From: Candidatus Scalindua sp.
GTDB taxonomy: Bacteria > Planctomycetota > Brocadiia > Brocadiales > Scalinduaceae
DNA: 32,000 nt
NCBI GenBank assembly: GCA_031316235.1
Contig: JALDRA010000001.1
Location: 3,390,001 to 3,422,000, forward strand
Reading direction: 5' to 3'
Below the pieces are notes generated by a model. That model saw only the letters and a list, made by a program, of their open reading frames with translations. It did not search any database and was not told where the DNA came from. Positions 22,450-31,328 of this stretch are shown piece after piece (position 1 is the stretch's first letter; every line of letters begins with the position of its first letter). The position numbers and the translations under genes were made by a program.

Positions 22450-24192
22450 CTAACCCGCAGAATTTATCTGGTGTATGGGCAGGGAAATGATAAATTTTGT
22501 TCCGCTACCCGGTATGTTTTCAACCGCTATTCTCCCTTTATGTAACAGCACAATATGTTTTACAATTGAAAGCCCCAGGCCTGCTCCTCCAAGTTTTCTC
22601 GATCGGGATTGGTCCACCACATAAAATCTTTCAAAAATTCTGGACAGGTGTTTTTTCGGAATACCTATTCCGGTATCTGATATCTGGATGGTGACCTCAT
22701 TTCCCTGTCGGTGTAATGAGATTTGAATCTCTCCTTTTTCAGTATACTTGATGGCGTTGTCAATTAAGTTTATAAATACCTGTTCCAGTTTAAACGGGTC
22801 TGCAAAGAGGAGGGGAAGCGCCTCATCGGTAGTGTAACGTAACTGTATGTTCTTCTCTGTTAATCTCTGGCTGAAGATCTTGAGAACGTTTTCTATCAGA
22901 ACTTTTAAATTCACCTCTCCTGATTCCAGGCCGGTATTTTTTTCTTCCAGCTTTGACAATAACAGCAAATCGTCAACGATGGTGATCACCCTGTCTGTAT
23001 TTCTCTTGATGATATCCAGATAATATTTATTCTTCTCTTCGATGCCATCTTCCATAGTCTCAATAAATCCCTTTATCGCCGTAAGCGGTGTTCGTAACTC
23101 GTGTGAAACATTTACTATAAAATCTTTTTTTGTCTTTTCGAGATTCCTGATCTTTGTTATATCGTGAAGCGTCGCAACCAATTCATCTTTATTGCAGAAA
23201 GTAGCGCTGCACAAATATACCTTCTCCTCCAGCACTACCTCACTCTCAAGGTTTGTTTTCTCCTTTCTTGCCTTTTTTATCAATTCACCAAAGGTAAGCT
23301 CTCTTAAGACCTCCCAGTAAAATTTCCCTTTAGCAGAATTGTTCTGTACGATCCGTTCAAAGCTCTTATTACAGATGAGTATCTTTCCTTTCCTGTCCAG
23401 CACACAAAGCCCCTCTTTGATTGAGGTGATAATGTTTTTAAGTTCCTCTTTTTGATACGAGAGTTTGGAAAAAAGAGTCTTTATCTGGTCTGTCATATAA
23501 TTAAAACTATCTGCAAGCTCTTTGAGCTCGTCTTTATTGCGGAGAATGACTCTGACATCGAAATCTCCATGAGCTACCTTGCGGGATGCCCTGTTCAATG
23601 CCCTGATCGGTTTCGATAAATTCCGTGAAAAGAAAAGTGCAGCCAGCAGTGAGAAGGTAACGATAATCATGGTTATAATGAGAATATTTCTCTTTAATAA
23701 GTGGAGTAGGCTCTTTATATCCTTTAAGAAAAGGCTCATTCTCAGGATATGGGTGATATGTCCGTCACTCTCCATTGGAATTGCAACATACAGCATCTCT
23801 TCTGTAACGGTAGTACTGAAACGCAACGTTTTACCGACCTCACCTTTTAGGGCCTCCATTATTTCGGGTCTTTTTCTGTGATTGTCCAGTAATTCTGGAT
23901 TTTTTTCGGAATCAGCCAGGACTAAACCTGTCGAGTCTATGACCGTAATTCGGGACTGTATCTGGCTTCCGAGACTCTTGACCAATATGTCCAGTTTGTC
24001 AAATCTGCCTTCAGCTAAAAGGGGAGTTATCTTTAATTGCAGCGTCAGGCCCAGGTTTCTCAGGCTGTTTGTCAGGGTGTCTATGTGATGAACTTTTATT
24101 GCTTTAAAAGAGAGGGGGATGATTAAGGCTGAAAGAGTGCATATGACAAATAAGTAACCGCCAAAAATTTTAAAAAAAATTGATTTTTTCAT
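22450..24192 (-). CDS. sensor histidine kinase (two TM segments, extracytoplasmic sensor, HAMP, PAS, HisKA, HATPase_c)
   Basis: H-box VSHELRTPLT, N-box NLIDNAIKYT, G-boxes DTGIGI and GGAGLGLSIV. The start is set at the ATG at 24192 (MKKSIFFKIFGG.., first TM), not at 24312. Confidence 0.88.
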   Translation of the reverse strand: MKKSIFFKIFGGYLFVICTLSALIIPLSFKAIKVHHIDTLTNSLRNLGLTLQLKITPLLAEGRFDKLDILVKSLGSQIQSRITVIDSTGLVLADSEKNPELLDNHRKRPEIMEALKGEVGKTLRFSTTVTEEMLYVAIPMESDGHITHILRMSLFLKDIKSLLHLLKRNILIITMIIVTFSLLAALFFSRNLSKPIRALNRASRKVAHGDFDVRVILRNKDELKELADSFNYMTDQIKTLFSKLSYQKEELKNIITSIKEGLCVLDRKGKILICNKSFERIVQNNSAKGKFYWEVLRELTFGELIKKARKEKTNLESEVVLEEKVYLCSATFCNKDELVATLHDITKIRNLEKTKKDFIVNVSHELRTPLTAIKGFIETMEDGIEEKNKYYLDIIKRNTDRVITIVDDLLLLSKLEEKNTGLESGEVNLKVLIENVLKIFSQRLTEKNIQLRYTTDEALPLLFADPFKLEQVFINLIDNAIKYTEKGEIQISLHRQGNEVTIQISDTGIGIPKKHLSRIFERFYVVDQSRSRKLGGAGLGLSIVKHIVLLHKGRIAVENIPGSGTKFIISLPIHQINSAG

Positions 24193-24448
24193 GCCTTCAG
24201 TCTGTGTTTCCTGCCAGCGATCTTGATTTGAAAACAACTTGCTATACGAAATCCGGTAGTAAAAATAAAATGATACCATAATGCTTCTCACTATTTCCAA
24301 GCATTTCATCAAACTTTTTTATCCAGTTGGAGCTGGTATCGATGGAATTTCAGCCAGGGAAGAGTGATTGATATAAATGAGCTCAGATACAGATCCTGGA
24401 GCGTGATGAAAGATTCAATGGTTTCTGATCAGAACCGAAAAAAATATG

Positions 24449-24500
24449 TTGACTTTCAAATGAGAATGAGTATCATCCGTCTTAATTGAGACTCATTCTC
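24449..24500 (+). promoter_or_regulatory. candidate promoter (TTGACT-16 nt-TATCAT) overlapped by a Fur-box-like sequence and a 10-bp inverted repeat
   Basis: CAAATGAGAATGAGTATC matches 13 of 18 positions of the ATAATGATAATCATTATC consensus. GAGAATGAGT (24462-71) and ACTCATTCTC (24491-500) are perfect reverse complements. Confidence 0.3.
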
Positions 24501-24774
24501 TTGTAGCAGACCTGTTTTCTCGATCAAATGCTGCATCTATTATTTCCCAAAAAGGGAAAAAATTTTCAGCCTGTATTGATAGTGAGACTCAATCAAGACA
24601 GATGGGTTTGGGGTATTTTCTTTTGAGACGGTGAAGAGGTCTATTGATGGTTATGAATTCTTGAGAGTTTGCATAGGGTAAGAACAGTAAGATAAATGAG
24701 GAGAATTTTCCACTTTTATCTGCGAAATTCAATCTGAGAATTTTTTAATTGTAAGGAAACTGGAGGAAAAAGAT

Positions 24775-26337
24775 ATGAGCAGAAAGAGGGTTTTTTTAAG
24801 TTTTCCAATTGTTATTATTTTTGGGATGCTGTTTGCCGCGTTTCCAGGGGAAACACAGGCAATACCGCCATTTGCAAGGAAATACAAAACGGCATGTACG
24901 ACCTGCCACTGGGGCACATTCCCGAAACTCAATGCGTTTGGAAGCGCTTTTTATGCAAATGGTTTGAGAATGCCGGGCGGGGATGATGAAGTCTTTGTGA
25001 AGGAGGAACCGGTAGCACTTGGAGCATCAGCCTGGTCAAGATTGTTCCCGAATGCAGTATGGCCGGGAACAATACCCCATCTTCCCGCCATCGGTTTTAA
25101 AATGGTATCTGAATTCACAGCGACGAAAGAGAGGCCGCGGAATCCAAGAGGCGGGGATCCTGGAAGACCTGACAGGGGATCGGATACGGAATTCGTGGGG
25201 ATAGAGTCTCTTGAGGTACTTGTTGGTGGAACTTTTGGTGAGACTTTATCATTCTTTGGAGCCGGTTCAATTGATGAGCTTGAGAGGGCGTACGTGAATT
25301 ATGCGCCTTTTTTATTTGGTGAGCAGGGGCTTCTTAACTTCCGATTTGGCAGGCTGGATATGCGTGTGACTCCCATGACAAGTCACAGGAGACAGCTTTC
25401 TCTTGCCCCTTTCATTATGGATGTCATGCCCACCGTATCGTCAGGGAACTTCTGGGGATTCCATCCGGCACAGAATGGGATAGAATTTTGGGGCAGTCTC
25501 AATGGGCCTGGTGGCAGGGGAGGTCTCGAATGGGCAGCTGGTATTGTAAACGGTGAGACGGGAGAAGGGATAGAACTGTTTGATGGTACAGGAGACATGG
25601 CAACTATTATAGAAAATGTTGAAGGGGTGGCGGGAGGTCCTTTCGGGGGAGAATTTAATAACAATAAGGACTGGTATATCATGGTTTCATACAAGATAGG
25701 AGGTCTGGGTGTACTGGGAGGAGAGGCGGAAAATGACTCACTGATTTCAAAAGGGAATTGGCAGGATAACTCTATCAGGATAAAAGGTTATTATTATCAG
25801 GGTGTTACCGGTGCTTATGTCGATGACCCGATAACGGGCAGCGTGGGGAATCCTCTTGCAGGTGGTGTTTTTGACAAGGATGCCAACAGATTCAAACGAT
25901 ATGGTATTGTGATAGATGCGAACTGGTGGAACTTCAATTTTATCGGAGTAGCCTCCTTTATGGAGGATGATATAAAGGGGTCAATAACGTATGATGCCGG
26001 TTCGTTTGGCAGTAACCTGCCGCGTGAATCGGGATCAAGTTTTGATACGGCAATCTATACAGGAGAGGTCGAATGTGTAATCTTACCTTGGATTGTTCCT
26101 TCCTTCAGGGTAGAAAATGTCAATCCAAGTTATGACGCAAGGGATATCAAGTCTTTTACAAAATACACCTTTGATACCACTATCATACCACGGGCAAATT
26201 TCAAGATACTGGCTGGTGCATCGTGGACAGATTATCCTGATAAGAAAACTGGCATGGATGGTCTTGATGCGGATGGGATTGATTTTGGGAGTTTTCTGGA
26301 TACCACCTATAGAATTGGAGTTGATATTGCTTTCTGA
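24775..26337 (+). CDS. putative outer-membrane beta-barrel protein with an N-terminal CxxCH haem-binding motif
   Basis: Signal peptide ending ..GETQA, then IPPFARKYKTACTTCHWGTFPKLNAFG. The long Gly/aromatic-rich body has alternating patterns and a C-terminal ..YRIGVDIAF (terminal Phe), typical of OM barrels. Confidence 0.6.
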   Translation: MSRKRVFLSFPIVIIFGMLFAAFPGETQAIPPFARKYKTACTTCHWGTFPKLNAFGSAFYANGLRMPGGDDEVFVKEEPVALGASAWSRLFPNAVWPGTIPHLPAIGFKMVSEFTATKERPRNPRGGDPGRPDRGSDTEFVGIESLEVLVGGTFGETLSFFGAGSIDELERAYVNYAPFLFGEQGLLNFRFGRLDMRVTPMTSHRRQLSLAPFIMDVMPTVSSGNFWGFHPAQNGIEFWGSLNGPGGRGGLEWAAGIVNGETGEGIELFDGTGDMATIIENVEGVAGGPFGGEFNNNKDWYIMVSYKIGGLGVLGGEAENDSLISKGNWQDNSIRIKGYYYQGVTGAYVDDPITGSVGNPLAGGVFDKDANRFKRYGIVIDANWWNFNFIGVASFMEDDIKGSITYDAGSFGSNLPRESGSSFDTAIYTGEVECVILPWIVPSFRVENVNPSYDARDIKSFTKYTFDTTIIPRANFKILAGASWTDYPDKKTGMDGLDADGIDFGSFLDTTYRIGVDIAF

Positions 26338-26356
26338 TCTTGTGGAATAGTTCAGC

Positions 26357-26403
26357 GTGTTTTTTCTCGTATTTCATCCGAAAACCATTATAAGATGAGT
26401 ATA
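26357..26403 (-). mobile_element. MITE-like structured repeat, copy 6 (one-end fragment)
   Basis: CTCGTATTTCATCCGAAAACCATTATAAGATGAGTATA matches the reverse complement of the left end of the family. The rest of the element is missing. Confidence 0.7.
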
Positions 26404-26461
26404 TTTACCGTAGTCCGCTTCGATCAGGTATCCAGGGGGGGGGAGGGAAGGTATTGATTGT

Positions 26462-26500
26462 GAAGGGAGCGGATTTCAGGGAATGGACACCCGCTCCTTC
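26462..26500. terminator. hairpin between convergent genes (possible terminator, no T-run)
   Basis: GAAG(G)GAGCGG - 18 nt - CCGCTCCTTC, located 6 nt beyond the pyk stop codon. Confidence 0.35.
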
Positions 26501-26505
26501 GTGAA

Positions 26506-27924
26506 TTAATCGACTTTTTCCACTTGAATTGAATCTATCAGTTTACCCTTATGCTCAACCTGGGTAATTGCTATAATGTAGTTTCCCTGTTCGATCAGCT
26601 CTTTGTCCTTTAAAAGAGTAATAGCCTTTTCCACGTTTTCGAGCGGGTTTTCCTCGGCAAAATCGATGAGAAAAGGACGTATACCCCAATAGAGTGCCAA
26701 TCGATTTACGACATCCCGATTATTGGTAAAAGCATATACTTTTGTATGCAGTGTGCGCATCCACGCTGCATAGCGAGCCATACGACCCGTTCGGGTAAAG
26801 ACAATCAATGCGTCTGCTTCGACCTCGTGAGCCAAAACCGATGCCCCTTTGACGAGCTTTGCTTCCAGGCTGTCGAGCTTGGCTAATTTTGCGTAATCAG
26901 CACCACCGCTCCGCTCAACCCGCAGGGCAATACGGTTCATGACTTCAACACACTGGCTTGGATATTGACCTACCGATGTTTCTCCTGACAGCATAATGGC
27001 ATCAGCCTGTTCGAAAACGGCATTTGAAACATCAGTTATTTCAGCCCGCGTGGGGAGAGCATTTCCGATCATGGATTCGAGCATGTGGGTGGCTACAATG
27101 ACGGGTATCCCTTTTGTCAGACAGATCTTTACAATACGTCGCTGTATAATCGGTAATTCTTCATAGGGACATTCAATTCCCAAATCTCCGCGTGCAACCA
27201 TAATCCCGTCGGCGACCTCGGCTATCGCTTCAGTATTCCTCACTCCTTCCTGGTCTTCCAGCTTGGCAATGATCTTTTGAGGGGCTTTGTGCTGACTCAG
27301 CAGCTCTTGAAGCATGACTACATCTTTGGCTTCTCGTACAAAGGACATTGCAATGAAATCGACACCCAGCTCTATTCCAAGCGCTACATTCCGAATATCT
27401 TTTTCCGTCAAGGCCGGCAGCTTAACCCGTATACCGGGTAAATTGATATGTCGGCGGCTTCCCAGAATACCCTCGGTCAGTACCTCACAGGTTAGATGAT
27501 TCTGCTGCTTCTCCAGGACCTTCAACTGGATGTTTCCATTATCTACCATGACCACATTTCCGACATGAATATCTTCAATGAGGTCGTCATAATTAACGTC
27601 TACCGAATGCTCTTCTTCAGATTGTTCTCCGCGTACGGTCAGGGCAATTCTTTCTCCTGGATTAAGATTCAGCGCCGTAGAAAGATCTCCTGTACGAATA
27701 GCCGGCCCTTGCAAATCCATGAGCAACGCTATATGACGATCGTGCTTTAAAGACAGTTTCCGCACGCGCTCCACTGTATTACGGGCCTCCTGGTCTGTTG
27801 CATGTGACATATTTATCCTGACCACATCAAGTCCCTTCAGCACAAGCTGTTCTAAAGCTTCAAACGACTCCGTTGCAGGGCCTACGGTTCCTATAATCTT
27901 AGTCCTGCGTACATTATTCATCAT
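26506..27924 (-). CDS. pyk: pyruvate kinase
   Basis: 472 aa with TKIIGTVGPA, MVARGDLGIE, and IVATHMLESM. Confidence 0.93.
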   Translation of the reverse strand: MMNNVRRTKIIGTVGPATESFEALEQLVLKGLDVVRINMSHATDQEARNTVERVRKLSLKHDRHIALLMDLQGPAIRTGDLSTALNLNPGERIALTVRGEQSEEEHSVDVNYDDLIEDIHVGNVVMVDNGNIQLKVLEKQQNHLTCEVLTEGILGSRRHINLPGIRVKLPALTEKDIRNVALGIELGVDFIAMSFVREAKDVVMLQELLSQHKAPQKIIAKLEDQEGVRNTEAIAEVADGIMVARGDLGIECPYEELPIIQRRIVKICLTKGIPVIVATHMLESMIGNALPTRAEITDVSNAVFEQADAIMLSGETSVGQYPSQCVEVMNRIALRVERSGGADYAKLAKLDSLEAKLVKGASVLAHEVEADALIVFTRTGRMARYAAWMRTLHTKVYAFTNNRDVVNRLALYWGIRPFLIDFAEENPLENVEKAITLLKDKELIEQGNYIIAITQVEHKGKLIDSIQVEKVD

Positions 27925-28018
27925 AAATATTTTCCTTATAATCCCTGTTTTACGGAATAGCCCTTCCCACAGTCTGTGACACCGGGAACTAATGTTTGAG
28001 AGGAAATATTAAGTGGTT

Positions 28019-29761
28019 TCATCCTGCATCGGGCTTATTCAGTCTGTTTGCCTCTTGAGACAGATATTTTTGGAATTTGGTGATGATCTGCTCATTTTTC
28101 CCCGCCCTTTTTCCAAGAAAATCCTTAATTTCATCGATAACATCTTTTTTCTTCATATTTTTCGTTCTTAACTTTGCCGCATCAAATGCGTCAATATCAA
28201 GGGCATCAAAACCAAGATTGTTCATCCTCTTTGATGCGAACTTCATCGACTCATCCCTTATTTCTGACAAAAACTCCGACGTTATCAGTTTGTGGCCATT
28301 TTCCCGTGCCCTCTTTTCCATGAGTTTATAAATTCCAGGCCTCACAAAATCAGGAGCGTTTTTTACTCGTTCCAGGGCTTCGGTCGACCATTCAATCTTC
28401 TCGCTTCTTTCCCTCTTTTTTAAAAGAGAGAGAAAGGGGAACATCATCTTTTTATCTACAGCCATCTGCTCTTTTGCTTCCTTCATAATGGCGGGGGTAA
28501 CCAGGGTAAAACCTTTTTTCCTTGCATATTCTTCAACTCTTTTGATAACCATCCCTCTTCCAAAAGAAGGCACTTTGTCCAGCCTTTTTCTGGCATCCTC
28601 ACTCCATGAGAGTTCAAAATCCTTTTTCAAGCCAAACGTGTTTTCTGCTTTGAGCACGATTTTCTCACCGCCATACTTTCCCGGTTTATAATCACACCAT
28701 GCGTCCTCAGCCATTTGGTCACCTGTGGTCGCTAGTGCCCGGGCACGACATCCTTTGCATATGGAAACAAATTCACACTCTCCGCATCGCCCCTTGAGAT
28801 TAGCATCCCTCAACTCATTCAGGGTTTTGGAAGTGTTCCAGATCTCACGAAAACTTTGCTCCCTGAGGTTTCCGCAGGATGTATCCATATAGGGACAAGG
28901 GGTAACATTTCCCTCTGGTGTAATCCTTACATAGTTTGTTCCTGCCGGGCATCCCCCTGAATAATATTTTAAGAGAGCCGATTCAGGATTCATCTCATAG
29001 GCTATTCTTCTATAGTGAGGGGCACATTTTGCACTAATGAGCATTTTTCCTTCGTAGAGAGTGTGGAGCCTGTAAATTTGCTGTAATGCATTTTCATATT
29101 GTTCAGGTGAAATATCCGTCAGATCCTGTCCTCTACCCGTGCAAACAAGGAAAAAAAGATTAAAGACTTTCACACCCTTTTTATGTGCAAAAGCCACTAT
29201 TTGAGCTATTTCATCATAATTTCTTTTAAATACTGTGGTTTGTATCTGTACTTCAAGCCCCACTCTTCTGCACGCATCGATACCATTGACAGCCTGCTGC
29301 CAGGAACCCTTTACCCCTCGAATCGAATCATGTTTCTCGGGATCAAGAGAATCGAGACTGATACCAATACCGGAGAAACCGTTTTCTTTTAATCTCCTGG
29401 CGATGCTGTCATCTATAAGACAGGCGTTTGTCCCGAGAAGAACCATCATTCCCTTCTGAGATGCATGTCGGGATAAACTGAATATATCGTCCCGTAATAA
29501 AGGTTCTCCCCCTGTTAAGATTAAGATTATGTTTGGGTTAATAGCTGAAATATCATTTATTACCTGAATTGCAGTTTCCGTATCAAGCTCTTGCTGGTTA
29601 TCATGTGAGCCGCATGATAATGGTAATGGTTTTGGAGAAAGCGGCTGCTCTGTAGCAGCTAGGTGATTAGTTGGATTATCTGTGGGGAGATAGCAGTGGG
29701 AGCAGGCCAAATTACACGCTTTTGTAAGGTTCCAGGAGATTACATGCGGTACGTATTCCAT
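28019..29761 (-). CDS. radical SAM/SPASM enzyme (AhbD/NirJ-like core) with a duplicated C-terminal PCP_red-like module
   Basis: CNLACSHC (CxxxCxxC), FNLFFLVCTGRG and a Cys-rich SPASM region (CGECEFVSICKGCRARA). Two similar segments of about 48 aa follow (LSWSEDARKRLDKVPSFGRGMVIKRVEEYARKKGFTLVT.. and IEWSTEALERVKNAPDFVRPGIYKLMEKRARENGHKLIT..). Confidence 0.75.
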   Translation of the reverse strand: MEYVPHVISWNLTKACNLACSHCYLPTDNPTNHLAATEQPLSPKPLPLSCGSHDNQQELDTETAIQVINDISAINPNIILILTGGEPLLRDDIFSLSRHASQKGMMVLLGTNACLIDDSIARRLKENGFSGIGISLDSLDPEKHDSIRGVKGSWQQAVNGIDACRRVGLEVQIQTTVFKRNYDEIAQIVAFAHKKGVKVFNLFFLVCTGRGQDLTDISPEQYENALQQIYRLHTLYEGKMLISAKCAPHYRRIAYEMNPESALLKYYSGGCPAGTNYVRITPEGNVTPCPYMDTSCGNLREQSFREIWNTSKTLNELRDANLKGRCGECEFVSICKGCRARALATTGDQMAEDAWCDYKPGKYGGEKIVLKAENTFGLKKDFELSWSEDARKRLDKVPSFGRGMVIKRVEEYARKKGFTLVTPAIMKEAKEQMAVDKKMMFPFLSLLKKRERSEKIEWSTEALERVKNAPDFVRPGIYKLMEKRARENGHKLITSEFLSEIRDESMKFASKRMNNLGFDALDIDAFDAAKLRTKNMKKKDVIDEIKDFLGKRAGKNEQIITKFQKYLSQEANRLNKPDAG

Positions 29762-29948
29762 TTTGATTTGAACAGAAAGATTTAAATTTTACTGATAGTT
29801 AACGGGTAATTAATGGATAGAGAGTTAATTCAAACAGAAAAAAGTAAAATAGTCAATGGTAAATAGTATCTGATAGCATCGGTGATACTAAAATTGTTTC
29901 TAAGAGGCGCTGAGAAACAACCGCTTTCAGCTGTATAGTCTGGACATT

Positions 29949-30116
29949 TATATGTCAAAACCAGACCGGTTTTTGGGTTTTCTAAAAAGCAAAGCCTGGC
30001 TGCTGGTATCCCCGGACAAAAAATGCCGAGGACTTTCCCCGGACAAAAGGTGTCGAGGATTTTGATCGCTCCGTTTTTTCTCAGATTTTTTTCGAAAACA
30101 TTATAAGATGAGTATA
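29949..30116 (-). mobile_element. MITE-like structured repeat, copy 7 (long form, diverged)
   Basis: It ends ..TTCGAAAACATTATAAGATGAGTATA. It contains two tandem 27-nt units, CCCCGGACAAAAAATGCCGAGGACTTT (30010-36) and CCCCGGACAAAAGGTGTCGAGGATTTT (30037-63). These are homologous to the reverse complement of the extra block in copy 2. Confidence 0.75.
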
Positions 30117-30500
30117 ATGACGGCGTACACACCTTATGAGAATAAAATTACGTGTGTAAGGTTATCTCTGGGGCTTAATTTCACCATTAAATCAACAGGT
30201 AAAGTATGTGCTGTCAATTCCGGAATTCAGCGATGGGCACTTACAAAACCCTTGGCTTGATTTCTTTTCATTGAGATCGAGTTAAGAAGGACTGAGAAGA
30301 CCTCAGTGCATTTATTTATTAATTTTTCTCATAAGACGGTAAACCAGGCTCTCATTGATTTTTTATTTTAAAGAAATTTTTAAAACCTAATCAGGAATAT
30401 CAAAGACTTAAGGGAAAGTACTCAGAGAGTTTCCTCGTGTGAATGGAATTGGCATCAATCTTGCGCGTTCAAAAGCTTCAAAAAAATAAAAATTTTTAAC

Positions 30501-30528
30501 TTGAAAAGTTTTTTAAAAATAATATTAT
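30501..30528 (+). promoter_or_regulatory. candidate promoter (TTGAAA-16 nt-TATTAT)
   Basis: Located in an A+T-rich region about 60 nt upstream of the cupredoxin-like gene. Confidence 0.3.
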
Positions 30529-30590
30529 TACAACCTTTGTTGGTTTGATTTGTATTTTGTTTCGTGTTAGGAAGGAGAGGATTTTCTATT

Positions 30591-31304
30591 ATGAAAAGTT
30601 TAATTCGTTATTTCTTGTTTGTTCTGTTTATTTGTTTTGTAGGTTCGGCAACTCTTGTCGCACAGGAAGCGCTTACTGAAGAGCAGGCAAAGGCTGCGCA
30701 GCAGAAATTGGAAGAGGCACTGAAATCTCTTAAAAAAGAGATCAGGACAGAAGTTAAGGTTGAAAATGGCGGTGCTATCACCGGTATCGTCGCATGTAAG
30801 AGAGTGAAGCATCCCGATAATGTTGTGGTGTATATTGAGAAAATAGGGGATAAGACCTATGATGCTCCTGTGGAGCATGGTGTTTTGGATCAGCTGAATT
30901 TGACATTCGTTCCTCATGTTGTTGCGGTGCAGAAGGGAACCACAATAGATTTTCCCAATAGCGACTCGGTGCGTCACAACGTTTTTACCCCTCCTGATTG
31001 CTGCCGTCAGTTTAATTTGGGTACATATGACGTAGGCGTGGTCAAGAGTGTCACATTTGAAGAAACCTGTGATGTTCCGATTTTGTGCAACGTGCATGCC
31101 GAGATGCTGGGCTATGTTGTTGTACTTGATAATCCGTACTTTTCTGTAACGGAGAAAGATGGGGTTTTCAAGATTGAAAATATACCACCTGGTACCTATA
31201 AGCTTGCAGCCTGGCATGAAAAGCTCCAGACGGTTGTTAAAGATGTTACGGTAGAGGCAGGCAAGACAGTAAATGTTGATTTTCAATTAAAGAAGAGAAA
31301 ATAA
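30591..31304 (+). CDS. secreted cupredoxin-like protein fused to a carboxypeptidase-regulatory-like beta-sandwich domain
   Basis: The ATG at 30591 lies 10 nt after GGAAGGAGAGG, and a signal peptide is present. The ligand-like pattern is H (SVRHNVF) ... C-N-V-H-A-E-M (C-x2-H-x2-M, as in amicyanin-type sites). The C-terminal GVFKIENIPPGTYKLAAWHEKL is typical of CarboxypepD_reg-like domains. Confidence 0.65.
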   Translation: MKSLIRYFLFVLFICFVGSATLVAQEALTEEQAKAAQQKLEEALKSLKKEIRTEVKVENGGAITGIVACKRVKHPDNVVVYIEKIGDKTYDAPVEHGVLDQLNLTFVPHVVAVQKGTTIDFPNSDSVRHNVFTPPDCCRQFNLGTYDVGVVKSVTFEETCDVPILCNVHAEMLGYVVVLDNPYFSVTEKDGVFKIENIPPGTYKLAAWHEKLQTVVKDVTVEAGKTVNVDFQLKKRK

Positions 31305-31328
31305 ACCATTTATTTGGTGGGCGTTAAA

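Noticed and set aside
26434-26451. G-run GGGGGGGGAGGGAAGG as a G-quadruplex or phase-variable homopolymer.
   Set aside because: It is a single short tract in a convergent intergenic region with no adjacent start codon or promoter, and there are not enough G-tracts for a confident quadruplex.
1-30116. The possibility that the dispersed roughly 112-nt repeats are a CRISPR array.
   Set aside because: The copies are kilobases apart, in both orientations, separated by ordinary genes, and about 112-165 nt long with 2-bp flanking duplications. No regular repeat-spacer periodicity and no cas genes are present.
29830-30132. 100-aa minus-strand ORF (..CPGKVLGIFCPGIPAARL..).
   Set aside because: It is made almost entirely of repeat copy 7. 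The duplicated CPG.. peptide simply mirrors the 27-nt tandem units, so it is most likely not a gene.
30600-31286. 228-aa ORF antisense to the cupredoxin-like gene. Similar long antisense or shadow ORFs occur elsewhere, e.g. 132-377, 1588-1998, 3335-3754, 13569-14024, 15671-16066, 25383-25694.
   Set aside because: Each lies entirely within, and antisense or out of frame to, a gene with clear family motifs. Their translations are low-complexity or Cys/His/Leu-rich with no recognisable motif and no ribosome-binding site.
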